64,000 bases of DNA from Octopus vulgaris (lineage: Eukaryota), in contig OX597831.1 of NCBI GenBank assembly GCA_951406725.2, positions 44,702,001 through 44,766,000 on the forward strand, written 5' to 3'. Within the stretch, counting starts at the first letter, position 1, and each line of letters opens with the position of its first letter. Shown here one piece after another: positions 24,480-38,870 of this stretch. The position numbers and the translations under genes were made by a program. Under the pieces are notes generated by a model. That model had not been told where the DNA came from. It ran no database searches and was given only the letters and a program-made list of their open reading frames with translations.

Positions 24480-27400
24480 GTAATAAATTGTTCCCTGATG
24501 ATCCATTCTGGTTAAGCATCCAAATGCACTTGGAACACTCTGTACTGGGTTTCAAATCACTGTTATGTAATGTAATAACTAATAATGTAATCTTGTCTGA
24601 ATCTTAATTTCTCATATATATCATCATCATTATTTAATGTCTGGTTTCCATGCTGGCATGGGTTGGATGGTTTGACATGGAGCTGGCTAACAGGGAGCTG
24701 TCTGGACTCCAACTGTCTGTTGTGGATGCCCTTCCTAATGCCAACCACTTAACAGAGTGTGCTGGATGCTCTTTACATGTCACCATTTATGTAGCACTGG
24801 CATGGGTGCTTTTTAAGTGGCACTGGCTCCTGAAAGGACGAGCTGTAATGAGTTGGTGTATCCTTGTCTCAACATCGTGTGATGGTTCTGAACAAGTGTT
24901 ACCACCATTCATGTCTGGCTGGTGGGGTAATATTACTTTACTTGGAACTAGGTGAGGGTCAGCAACAGGAAGGACGTCCAGCCACAGAAAATTCTGTGTA
25001 ACCCATATGAGCATGGTAAAAAGGACATTAAAATGATGATGACAGTTTAATCCAATTTGAGACAGCATAGAAAAAGAAGTCTACTGATGGGACTTGAGCT
25101 TGGTGCCTGTCACTTACCTGGTGACCAATTACACCACTAACTACTTACATTCAAACTTTAAGCAATTAATTCTTTGCTCTGCTCTCATTGTTTCATAGAA
25201 TTAAATTTCTATCTCGAATTGATTGGGTTTTGTTCTTTTTTTTTTCCAGATTTTTGCTGAATATTTTAAAGAACTAGAAGAAGAAAGTATCCGTGATAAT
25301 TTTGTAGTTATTTATGAGCTTTTGGATGAAATAATGGATTTTGGTTATCCCCAGACCACAGATAGTAAAATATTACAGGAGTAAGTATAAAACTATTTTT
25401 AGTTTCTTTAGAGTCGTCTGTCTCAACAACATGACAAGATAATTGTTTAACCCCTCCTTGCAGGAAATAGATAACAAGATTTTGAGATAAAAAGAATGAT
25501 TTGAATGAGACACATGAGGAAGAAAGAGAGAGATGGAGATGGAGATGTATAGCTGAGTTATTAAGTTTTGATTCAACAGAGAGCCAACATAAAGGTTATC
25601 GTCTCATATCCTGTCCCTGTAAAACTCTCAAATGACCTTACCTACCTGAGTGTAAAATACATACTACAGGTTAGGAAATACTGATCACTCCAACCAGTAG
25701 CAGTACTGTTGATTTGACTAGTAATGTTCAATTTCTTCTGTGGGAATCGCCTACCTGCAGTAAGACTGGAATCCTCTCCAAGGATAAATTTATCTCTCAC
25801 TTACTGAACAGTATGGGAACTGGAAATAAGCAAGCACTGGGCCCCGATATATGAAGATGGTTTATAATTGTTTAACTTTATTAAAGTAGAATTACTTATT
25901 AAGAATTACGTTTTACGAGTTACAAATAGTTTTTTTGTAAGGGACATAACTCTGCTTTATTCGATATATTCCCAAAATAAAATTAACTTGTGTGCTGTTA
26001 GAAGACTGATGTTTCATGTTAGACCGTTCAGTAAATGGAAAAGAACGTTCAGGCCCTACCCCAAAATGTTAAAGTTTTTTTCTTTTCACAGCACACAAGC
26101 TTATTTCATTTTGTGAAATTTATTGAACTGATTTTTACCACTGCAGACCATCAGTAGTTTCCTCAAACTGTTTTATTCAGTTTGATTTAAACTAATTGAC
26201 TACAGATTACATTTTTACATTATGATTGGTGTAACTAGTGAGTAGATATTTTACGATATCTAGCATAGGATCCAGCTTGGATAGACAGACATTTCTTTCA
26301 TCACTCAGAGCTAAACCAATAGAAATCATTGTTTGTTCTTCCACAATTAATCAATGTTTCTTCTCCCTTTACTCTACATATTGTAATGAAGTCTTTTTTC
26401 TTTCTTTTTTACTTTGCAAAACAGGTATATCACTCAAGAAGGCCACAAACTGGAGATTGCCCCCCGACCTCCAATGGCTGTCACTAACGCAGTATCATGG
26501 AGATCAGAGGGAATCAAATACAGGAAGAATGAGGTTTTCCTGGATGTGATTGAATCGGTCAATTTATTGGTAAACATTCCAGTTTTTTTTCTTAAAATAT
26601 TCAATAATTTAGAGGGATTTAGTAGACTAACTAAATTTTTTATTATTAAATTTGGTGGCTGGAATGATATTTATAAGGTTCTAGCAATGTAAGATTGAAC
26701 TGAAAAATGAACTTTGACATTTCAATTTTAAGAATCCTAGATCTGAATGCAGTTACAGTACAAAACTAAGACTTAAAAACTGGCAGTTTTGCATGATGGA
26801 ACAAAAATCAGCCTCCACTGTTGTAGTGTATAGTCCTGAAGTAAGGGGCGTAACTCCCTCTGATTTAGAATACTTAAATTCGGTATACTGGAACATTACA
26901 GTTGAGTTCATAATGATAGTAGGTAGTGAATTAAGTACTTACATTAATTTCTTCAATAGTGTATAAGGATGTAGAGATTCAAAGCTACTATCATCTGGCT
27001 TGACTATAACGACATCAGTGGATTCAAATAAAGCTCGAAGAGTAGCAGAAAGAGCAGGGCATGCCCTCGTCTGTGAAAGGATCCATTATAACCGTTGGTA
27101 AAAATATCAACTAAATAACAAAATCAGAGACAGGTTATCTTCATTACTTGGGAGAATAACCAGAGATGATGACAGAGAGAAAATCCAACAAGATCTAGAA
27201 AAGTCATTCTAGAAAGAATTTGAAAAGGTGAAGACATGCCAGATTAAGAAGCTTATGAAGCTCAAAGATCAGAGAATAAAGACTGAAGTTCATCACCCAG
27301 CTTTGAAAGCAGTAATTAATGTAAGTAGCTGACATCTGGACAACTCTGAAGAAGCAGTATTAAATGAAGGTCTCAACTTTGTGACAACCATCAAGCGTAT

Positions 27401-30400
27401 TCCATATTTGGACATAATAGTCCCTATTCAGGAGGTAGCCATAAAGATACCAAAATCTCAGAACTAGGGTGGAAAGTGATACAGGTACTAGAGAAAGCGA
27501 AATTTCCCAAACCAAACATCACTAAAGAAGAAAAGTTCGCTATTAAAACATTACAACTATAATACTTCCAGCAGACAAGGGCAATCCTACGGTGGTGCTG
27601 AACAAATCTGAATACTCGGAAAAATTATAAGTAATAGTATCTACAGCAAAATAAAGAAAGACTCAACTCTGAAAATAGAGAGGAAGTTGTCACAGATCTT
27701 AATCAAGAACTAGGATCACTTCATACTAAGGAAGTGCAGACAACTGATCCAACACTAAATTGCCACACATGTATGGACTCTCTAAGATTCACAAGGATGG
27801 TATTCTATTAAGACCTATAGTGAGCTGTAGAGGTTCGGCATGTCATCCACTGAACTGTTTCCTTGTGAATATAATCAGTCTATTAGCTGGTAAGTCAACA
27901 TCATATGTCAAGAATTCCACACACTTCACAGAATTGATCAAAGATACTCCTATTGGATCTAACCAGATGGTTAGTCTAGATGTGATAAGTTTATTTACCA
28001 AAGTCTCAGTGAAGCACTCAGTGATTCAAGACAAACTAGTAATGGATACCTCTATAAAAGATCACACTGGTATACCAATAGAAAACTTTAGGGAAATGTT
28101 GACTTTCTGTGTAGAAACTACCTACTTCAGATAAAGAATAGATGTAACCCATTTCACCAATGTCAAATGCTGAAAAATTTGATGTAAATTAAAAACTATA
28201 TACCCTCTATTTAGTTGAAAATTCCCCCAAACAATTTTTGAAGAGTTTGTCAGTACTCTTAATTTTCATTCATTAGGTGAGTGCTAACGGCAATGTTTTG
28301 CGTAGTGAAATTGTTGGCTGCATCAAGATGCGAGTTTATCTGTCTGGGATGCCAGAGCTTCGACTTGGTCTCAACGATAAAGTGCTCTTTGAGAGTACTG
28401 GAAGTAAGTTTTTACAGCATATTCTTGGTTGTCATGTCTTGTATTACTGGTTTTGAAACTTAGTACTGTGTGTATGTGTAATCTCTTTGTCTGATTTGCA
28501 TGCAGCTTGAAGAAAATAGTCTACTTTTCTCACTTGAAAAGAACTTATTGTGAGATTTTATATGAAACTCTCTTGTATGAGATTTTATGTGCTAAAGTGG
28601 CTGCCAGATTAGTGTCCAAAACAATGAAATTCGATACTCCATCTCCTGCATTGCATTATGTCTATGGCTAACACCCTATTGCGAATTCAGTCTACTTAAC
28701 TATCAATTGATATTATTGACTGGTTAGTACACGTTACTGTTGTAAACAGCAAAAGCACTCTGATAACTGTATTTTACTTTGTAGTCAACCTCTGATGAAA
28801 GTACCCAGGTGTCTTTGGTCATTATGGCTAATGTGCAACCGTTCATGTTTAATTCATTCTGTATATCTTATTTTAATATGATAGATTCAATAGCAAAGTG
28901 GAACTATGAATAAAAATATAGCTGTAGAACAAGTAGAAAGATAAATTTTTTTCAACATGTAAATACTGAACAGTATATATAAAGGATAAAATCCTTTTAA
29001 GAGCAGAAAAATTTGCCGCCAACCAGCCATGTGGATCGAACCGCATGGCTGGTTGCCGGCAAAATTTTCTGCTCTTAAAAGGATTTTATCTTTTATATAT
29101 ACTGTTCAGTATTTATGTGTTGAAAAAAATTAATTTTACTACTTGGTCTACAATACATTTCAACTCTTCTAAAAACAAGCTTATGTTTGTTTATATATGA
29201 TGTAAATATAGTTGTGTCTGAGGTCATGTGGTATTTGAGTTAAAGATATCTTTAGTGTTCAATTTTGTTGACAAAATATTTTAATGTTATTAAAGTGTGT
29301 TTTTACTAGTTGAAATTCATAAAATTATCACTGTAATAAGATATTAAATTCTGTATTATTGTTAGTTTTTATAACTCTCATATAACCATTTCTTGTATGA
29401 AGGAAATAAATATAATCCATGTAATTTGATATAACATGCTTCACCAGTCAATCACATAAAAGAGAAGCATCTCACACAGATAAATATCCACTAGGATATT
29501 TTTATATGTTTTATATGTTTGGAGTTGTTATCATTTCATTGTTTTAACATCAACTTTTTCCATATCTGCATGAGTCAGATTGAATTTCTTGAAGTAGATT
29601 TTCTACCTGTGGATACCTTTCCTGTCACCAAATTTCACCTGCTTCGCTGGAAGATTGAAAATGGATGCTTTTTGACAGTGACACTCATTTACAACTGTCA
29701 TGCTAGCATGGAAAGCGGACGCTAAACGATGATGATGATGATGATGATACATTGTCAAGACAAGGAGACATCAACTCTCATGCATGCAAGACAGGCTTCC
29801 CTCAGTTTCTGTTTCACAAAGCTTTGGTCAGCCTGAGACTGTAGCAAAAGATACTTGACCAAGGTGCCACACAGTGGGACTGAACCTGCAACCATATAGT
29901 GGGGAAGCAAACTTCTCAACCATACAGCCATGCCTGTGCCTTGAACCCATATTCGCTAAATTACTTCTTAATAAAATGGATCAGCTTACAAGAAAGTTTG
30001 TGTGTATTTAATAGAAAATCTCAGATGGGAAGGAAAGCAAAAACATTTTATGAGTTTACTGATTTTAATAAAGAATTATTTAATATTTGTTATATTAAAA
30101 TATAAATCTGAGAAATTACTGAAGAGGGTGAAGGGAAGTAAAAAAGGAAGAGAGCTGACAAATCTATGGTGCTTTGACTTTGTGATATGTGTGTGTATTC
30201 GTGTGTGTGTGTGTGTGTGTGTGTATTTGCTTGTTTCAGTCATTGAGATATTACCATGAATGTTTTAATTGAACAAATCAACCACCTTAGTACTTATTTC
30301 TAAGACTGGTCCTCAAGCTATCAGTGTCTTGCCAAACCACTTGGTAACAGGGATGTAAGCAAACCAACGCCAGTTGCCAAGAAGTGATGGGGACAAACCC

Positions 30401-32227
30401 AAAGACACACGCATGTACACACACACACACACACACACATACACAACACACTTCCACTTTGTTTCCATCTGCCAAGTTCACCCATAAGGCATTGGTTGGC
30501 TAGGGGCTTATAGTAGAGGATGCTTGCTCGTGGTGGCATGCAGAGAGACTGAACCTGAAATGGTGTATATGGTTGCAAACTAAAATTTTTAACCACATAA
30601 CTGTGCTTGTATATGTATGTAAAGTTAATTCCGATGTGGAAAGGTCTCCTCTTAGTTTTAAGGCTCGCTTTTGTCTTTTTAATTTATTTTTCTTCATTAA
30701 CACCCAATGTAGGAGGAAAAAGCAAGTCTGTGGAGCTGGAAGATGTGAAATTCCATCAATGCGTTCGGTTGTCAAGATTTGAAAATGATCGCACCATCTC
30801 CTTCATTCCACCAGATGGAGAATTTGAACTTATGTCTTACCGCTTAACCACTCATGTAAATATCATCTTTTTTTTTTGTTTTTCTTGTTTTTTTTTTGTG
30901 TATGTTTCTCTTTCTTGCTTTTAACCTGTTCCCCCCCACCCTCACTTTTGTTCTTTTACTTGTTTTAGTCCTTAAGCTGCAGCCATGCTGGAGCACCGCC
31001 TTGAGGAATTTTTAGTTGAATTAATCCCCACCACTAGTCATTTTGAAGTCTGGTACTTATTCTGTCAATCTCTTTTGCTGAACTGCTAAGTTAAGGGGAC
31101 ATAAGTGCACTAACACTGATTGTCAAGTGGTGTCAGGGGACAAACACGACCACACACACACACTCAGAAGCTTCTTTCAGTTTCCGTCTACCAAATCTAC
31201 TCACAAGGGCTTGGTTGGCCTGAGGCTATAGTAGAAGGTACTTGCCCAACGCACCGTGCAGTGGGACTGAACCTGGAACCATGTGGTTGGGGAGCAAACT
31301 TCTTACCACACAGCCATGCCTGTGTCTATTGAAAGAAATTATTTCATCACTTCAATCTTTCAGCATTTAATCCCTTATCATTATTCTATCAAATGTAATG
31401 CTTAACTATTCAGTGTTTCAAATTAATCATGCATTATCTTGTAGCTTTGAAATTTCAGTGCTATAACTATTTGGTTTTTGGGCAGGTATGAGAGCTTGAA
31501 TCTGGCCAATTTGAACGTAAAACATAGAATATTCAGGCAGGATATGGTCAGTTTAAAAGCTAAAGCGTTAAGCTGAAATTCTGTTCAGTATTTACAATTT
31601 TTGTCAAAAATTTAAATATAATTTCAAAAGTGACGCTTCATACACTTCGGTTGTTCATTTGATTTCAGGTCATTTTTTTTTCCTCCCCCATGCTAGTATG
31701 GATCAGATTTTGACTTACATGTTATCGAGGCATTATTTTTATAGCTGGATGCCCTTTCCTGATGTTAATCTTCACCTATTTTTCAAGTAAGGGATCTCGT
31801 CTTCCATATGACTTCAAAGCCATGAAGCGAATGAGCAACTTATTGACAGGAGAAATGCCAACAAGAACACCATACGAACAAACAACATGACTTTCAAATA
31901 AGCAAGTGCAGATGTAAACGAACGATACACACACACATGTACATATGTCACCATCATCATCATCATCATCGTCGTCGTTTTAATGTTCACTTCCCCATGC
32001 TCACATGAGCTGAACACAGAATTTGTTGATGCAGATTTTCTACAGCTGGATGCCTTTCCTGTCACCAACCTTCACCTGTTTCCAAGTAAAGTAATATTTC
32101 CCCATGACCAGACATGTTTTCATGGAAGATTGGGAATGAGAGACACCATTTGCATGATGGTGACACACTTTGGCAGCTATTAAGCAATGTCAAGGCAAGG
32201 AGACAGTAACACATACATGCATAAAAA

Positions 32228-32287
<60 letters not shown>

Positions 32288-35200
32288 GATTTGTAGGGGC
32301 ATAGTATTTCATTATGCAACCATGATATATTACAAAGTATATTAAACATTTTTGTAAGTCAGTACCTTGTTCTACTGTGTTAGCAGTGATACACAAACAC
32401 ACACACACATGCATATATATATATATATATACAATGGACTTCTTTCAGTTTATTATTTCTTTACTACCCACAAGGGGCTAAACACAGAGGGGACAAACAA
32501 GGACAGACAAATGGATTAAGTCGATTATATCGACTCCAGTGCGTAACTGGTACTTATTTAATCGATCCTGAAAGGTTGAAAGGCAAAGTTGACCTCGGCA
32601 GAATTTGAACTCAGAACGTAGTGGCAGACGAAATACCACTAAGCATTTTGCCTGGCATGCTAACACTGTTGCCAGCTCGCTGCCTTTTAGTGGTAGTCAG
32701 TTTCTGACTACCAGATCCACTCGCAAAGCTTTTGTAGTAGACACTTGCCCAAGGTGCCAAGCAGTGGGACAGAACCCAAAACTACACACACACACACACA
32801 CTACAATGGGCTTCTTTTTCAGTGTCTGTCAACCAAATTCATTCACAAGGCTTGAGTCGACCCAGGGCTATACATAGTAAAAGACTCTTGCCTAAGCAAC
32901 TTGTTCACTATTTCATGACAATCCAAGTAGAAAATCTTTGTTATTTGTTAAATAAGCTTTAAGCAATTGATATCAATGTTGGAGGACATTATTTGGATGA
33001 TTATTTATAATTGGAAAGTTTAAAACTATTCAAGTGGAACATCTTGATGAATTCATCAGATTAATTTTTACATGACATCTTTCAGGCAAGCTAGAGAGGA
33101 AGTCTTTACACAGTCACTTGATATGCTACAAACAGAAGTCAAAGCTGCTTCTAATCATATCCTGCCATTTCTGAAAAAAAAAAATAACAATATTGTGTAA
33201 TGTAGTAGTTTTGGATACACACAAAAAAAAAAAATGAGATGGTCACAACTGGAATGATTTTGATTATAGGTCTGCTCAGTCAGGGTTGACCTAGGGCTAA
33301 ACAAAAAAAAATCTTTCAGATGATGTGATTAAGTTATTTCAATATTGTCTGAAAATGTTGCAAGACCAATGAAAAGAAAATTGTTTTAAAGTTATTTTGA
33401 ACTTCTCAAGATATCTTGTAATGATTCTTTTATTGCATTAATTGTTATTTATTGTTGATTATTATTTTTAACTCAACACTTCATTTTTTTCACCAAATTA
33501 CTCATGTATAGAACTAGCAAAAAAAATAAAAAAACACAACAAAGGAGCTTCTATACAGTCACTTGACCTGCTAGAAATAGCAGTCGAATTTCTTCGAATC
33601 TCACCCTACTGTCTTAAAAAAGGAAGAACACATTGGACAGTATAGTCTTACATATACATAAGGACAGGTTGGTCATGTCTGGAATGTCATTGATTATAGG
33701 TCTGTTCTATCAAGAGGGTTTTGTGGACTAAACAGCAAGAACTGAACTCAGCTCTACAAAGTAAAGAAACACTTGTCAATTTTATAGTGCTTCCACTAGT
33801 TCCTAAGCTTGTAAGCTGGACTACCTCATCATATCTATTTTCAAACAGGTTGGTTAGGCCATGGAGAATTAAATATTTTGTCATGGATTCAGCACAGATG
33901 ACAAGATGGAAACTAACAACAATTTGCTACTCCAGTACCCCAGCAACTGACTTAACCAGCAGTTGCAGTAGGTCCTTAATGAGAGTACATATTATACATA
34001 GGATTCTCGCGTGGCTCAGTGGTTAGAACGTTGAGCTTACGATCGTGAGGTTGTGAGCTCGAATCCCAGACCGGGCTGCGTGTTGTATTCTTGAGCAAGA
34101 CACTTTATTTTCCGTTGCTCCAGTTCACTCAGCTGTAGAAATGAGTTGCGACGTCACAGGTGCCAAGCTGTATCGGCCCTTGCCTTTCCCTTGGACAACA
34201 TCGGTAACGTGGAGAGGGGAGGCCGGTATGCATGGGCAACTGCAGGTCTTCCATAAAACAACTTTGCCCAGACTTGTGCCTCAGAGGGTAACTCTCTAGG
34301 TGCAAACCCATGGTCAGTGTCTGACCGAAGGGGGTCACCATCACCATTGAAAGTATAGAAGGGAGCATATGTTAAGTTCAGTGTATGTCAATAAACATGA
34401 TTTTTTGATGTGATGTTGACATTTAAAGTTATTTACACATGGTGACTTTAACGTATCAAATTATGATTTTCATAATTTTAATTACAATCTAACAAGATTG
34501 TGATTCGTTAATCGAGAAATATTTTACTATTTGTTTTATCATTACACTCTGCTTCAAAATAAAATTTCAAGATAATAAATAATTATCATCTGATCTCCTT
34601 GCATGTTTTATAAAACCTGATGATCAATTCACTTGTCTGTTTTCCAGGTGAAACCTCTGATTTGGGTTGAGTCTGTGATTGAACGTCACGCCCATAGCCG
34701 TGTCGAATATATGATTAAAGTAAGATGATATTTGTATTGGTTTGGTTTTGAAACACGTATTAAATTACTTTGTAATATATTCTACAGTTTATTCCTTTCC
34801 AGGGATACCTATAACTCACACATCCACAAGTAGCTTATAAATATGTTTAATTAGAAGAGCAGAATATGTTTGAGTCAGTTGACTGTTGTGCTATTCGTAA
34901 TGTTATAAATATGATCACTTATTTTTTATTTATTTAATTGTAGGTATGTGTGGATGCAAGATTAAAAGTATTAATATTAAAAGTGGCTTGAATCAATAGG
35001 GACTCAGATATAGAGGCAATGTTAACCCTTTTAATACTTTTTAATATCAACATTCTGGAGATTACCTGTACTCAAGTGTTCATATATAAATTAAAATATA
35101 TCAGTGAAATTTCCTTATAACTTAAATGATGTGATGAGATTCAGTTAGTCAACCCCAACATAATGTACTATTAAATTAGCACCTGCAAAATTCAATGTTT

Positions 35201-38200
35201 TCCCTCCTTGCCAGCACTCTTGAGAACATCATATATAATCAACCATCACACTCAACAACATAAATATACCACGCATACTAGGAGTTAGATGGTGCGCTTC
35301 CACATTCACAATACACATTGCAGGAATATATTTAGAATAATCCTTTCTACTAAAGCCACAAGGCCTGAAAATTTGGGGGAGGGGACTAGTTGATTACATT
35401 GACCCCAGTGTTTCACTGGTACTTAAATTATCGACCCCAAAAAAGGATGAAAGGCAGAGTTGACCTCTGCAGAATTTGAACTCAACGTAAAGACAGATGA
35501 AATACCATTTTGTATTTTGCCCAGGATGCTAACGATTCTGCCAACTTGCTGCCTTAAACATACTTAGAATAATAACAAATATTGTATTTACCTAGTAGAA
35601 AGAAATCCCAGCAGTGGTGTAGAAACAATACATTAGATTCATCATGAATTTTGTTAGTCTATATGAACTCACAATTCACAATAAACTATACCAAACGTCT
35701 CACTATGCATCATAGCCAACAAAACAAGATTGCTGAAAATAAAAACCCACCTGAACAGGTGAGAAGTTGTGTTTGTTGCTGTAGCAAGCTTCATCTTCAA
35801 CTGTTTCACCTTCAAATACCGAGAAATATAGAGAACTTTAGAACACAACTACAACTGCATCCTAAAGTAAAATTATAACAACATTCCTCCTACTTAATCC
35901 CCCAAAATCTTAAAAAATCCCTACATACAAACAAAAATAACGAACATTAATAGCCTCTATTAGCCTACAACATGGCTGTGAGATACTCCACCACTTCCAC
36001 TGAGTGCTGAAGAACATCAGTTAATGTGTTATGATCAAGTCCACGTTCTTTCTTGTTGTCTGTGATATGATGTAATAAGTTGGTTTGAAATCAGTGATTT
36101 AAAATTCGTTAAAGTGACTGTTTCATGAATTGTTTGGTTATGTTTAAAAGGCTAAAAGTCAGTTCAAGCGCCGTTCCACAGCGAACAATGTGGAAATCAT
36201 CATTCCAGTCCCACAAGATGCTGACTCCCCTAAATTCAAGACTACTGTTGGAAGCTGCAAATATACCCCAGAATTAAATGCTGTTATCTGGACAATAAAA
36301 TCTTTTCCCGTGAGTATTGATGTATTTTGATCGTATTTTTCTTTTGTTCTGTATTATCATCATTCTAATATCCACATTTTTGCATGGGTCACTTGGAATT
36401 TGTTGAGGCAGATTTTCTATGGCTGGATGCTCTTTATGTTGCCAATCTGTCAAAAACCAATTCAGAGAAGACTTTTATTCAAACTTTATTCTGCTCGCCA
36501 TTTAATCTGTTAATCACAGCTGTCCAACGATTAAGATGCATTGTTTTATATTAAGCAAAGATAGTATCCATCTATCAATATCATTTGACACTATGCTGCA
36601 TTTTTGTACTCAATACAAAATAAGATATGTATATTTTTATCTATTATTTACTATTGTAGAAAGGAATTTATGACAGGATATTATAATTTATAGCACAATC
36701 CTTAGCTGTTTCCAAGCAAGGTAATATTTCTAAATAGCAGGGCGTGTTTTCATGGAAGATAGAAAATAAAACTGTTAAACAACAGTGATGCTTGTTTACA
36801 ACTATTGCTTGATGTCAAATCAAGAAGACACACACAGATACATATACAATGTGTGTCTTTCACTTTCTGTCAATCAGATTCACTCATAAAGCTTTGGTTG
36901 GTCCAAGGTTATCATAGAAGAGACCTTCTCAAGATGCCTTGCAGTGAGATTGAACCTGAAACCACATGGTTGGGAACCAAACTTATTAACCATATAGCCA
37001 TGCCTTTGCAATCTGTTTAATAATATAGAGAAAATATATGCAAAAGCTGCTCGTGAAACTACAGTCTATCAAGGAAAACGGAATTAACTGTCTTGCTTAT
37101 GTGTCCAATACGATACATTTTTGCATACAATTGATAGAAAATCAAGTTAATGTTTCTATATTGTTTAATGCAATAGGCATTAAAAAGTTAATTGGAAAAT
37201 AATTATGTAGGAAGGAAGATACCGTGTTAATAGTTAATATTTTAAATATTCCATTAAGTACAACAGACAACTCTGAATATGTTTTGGTCTTTTTAGACCT
37301 CAACAAAGCACAGACTCACCTCATACTTTCTGCAGACGAAAGAATCATTAAGTAATTTACTGTATTGTATACAAGTAGGTGTGAAAAATTAGCATAGTTT
37401 AAAGAATAAAAAAAAACTATGTTTCAGTTGTTTAAGACTGTATATTTCAATACAAAATAGCTGTATAATGCACTTGTAATGGTTTCATCAATGTTGATAG
37501 CATTGTTTTTACTGGTTCAATGTTGACACGAATTACACAATTCTATTGTTTTTGTTTCTTTTTTACTGTCATTTCCTAACAGCTGTAATGGTTTCACTAT
37601 CTTCTGCCAAACTTCTACTACACTGCTTCATTCATTTTACAATATTATTATTATTAGTTGTTATAGGTTATCCAACTGTCGATGCATTCTGTTTATCACA
37701 TTGTACTGCTATAATTTCTCTCATTTCCTCATGGATTCACTTTGCTAGACAGTAACCCTTTAGCAGTCAAATGTAATGCTTATTTATTCACATCGCTTTG
37801 AATTAAACTTGCATTATCTTGTACCTTTGAGATTTCAATGATGTGATTGTTTATTTTTAGAATGACATTGTAAGGTAAGTGTGATACACAAGATCTTGTT
37901 TGTTTGAACATAAAACTGACAGAACATTTGGGCTGGATATAGCCAGTATATATATATATATGCTAAAGGGTTAACTATGTCTGTCAATCTATTACTAACA
38001 TTGATTTACGCTATGTTGTGCCTAAAATAGATATTATTACAATTATGTTTAGTTGTGCATCATTTACTGAAGTGCTGCTGTTATACATTTCAGGGTGGGA
38101 AAGAATATTTGATGAGAGCTCACTTTGGTCTCCCAAGTGTTATTGGAGAGGACTCAGAAGGCAAGCCCCCTATACAAGTCAAATTTGAAATTCCTTATTT

Positions 38201-38837
38201 TACAGTTTCAGGAATACAGGTAAGTGGCAAAATTTCAAATAACTTACTGATGGTGCTCAAAATATAATCTTAAACCATTCTCAAGTCATTATCAAATAGA
38301 ATTGATGAGGGTAGATAATGAGCATTTACTACATATCTTATATTATTTTTAATCTACAGAAGCTACAAAAAGACTCGAAGCATGAGAGTTTCATGGATGG
38401 CACTGTTTGATAAGTGCCATGCATATGACTCTTGAATATATATATATATATATATGTACACATATGCACACATGTTTTGAGTTCTGTTTTTCTTGTTTGT
38501 ATTATTAAACCTGTAGCATTAATTATATATATATATATATAATTTAAATATAGGATAAAATCTTTATAAGAATTTATCAAGTAATTATCGTGAAAAACCT
38601 CATAAGGGAAAAATTTATTCATTATTCCCTATAAGTATATTTATTTATATTAAGGGCATTACTATACATAAATGCCTCATGCTAGGAAGGACTCTTAAAG
38701 TCAAAACTACTTTGATAACCACATTGTACAATGTGGTTATTATAGTAGTTTTGACTTAAGAGTCCCTCCTAGCATGAGGCATTTATGTATAGTAATGCCC
38801 TTAATATAAATAACATATATATATATATCAAAGTGTA

Positions 38838-38870
<33 letters not shown>

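Noticed and set aside
28792-28870. CTGATGA as a hammerhead core (also near 19305, 24495, 34618)
   Set aside because: No downstream stem II-GAAA-UH arrangement or stem I pairing.
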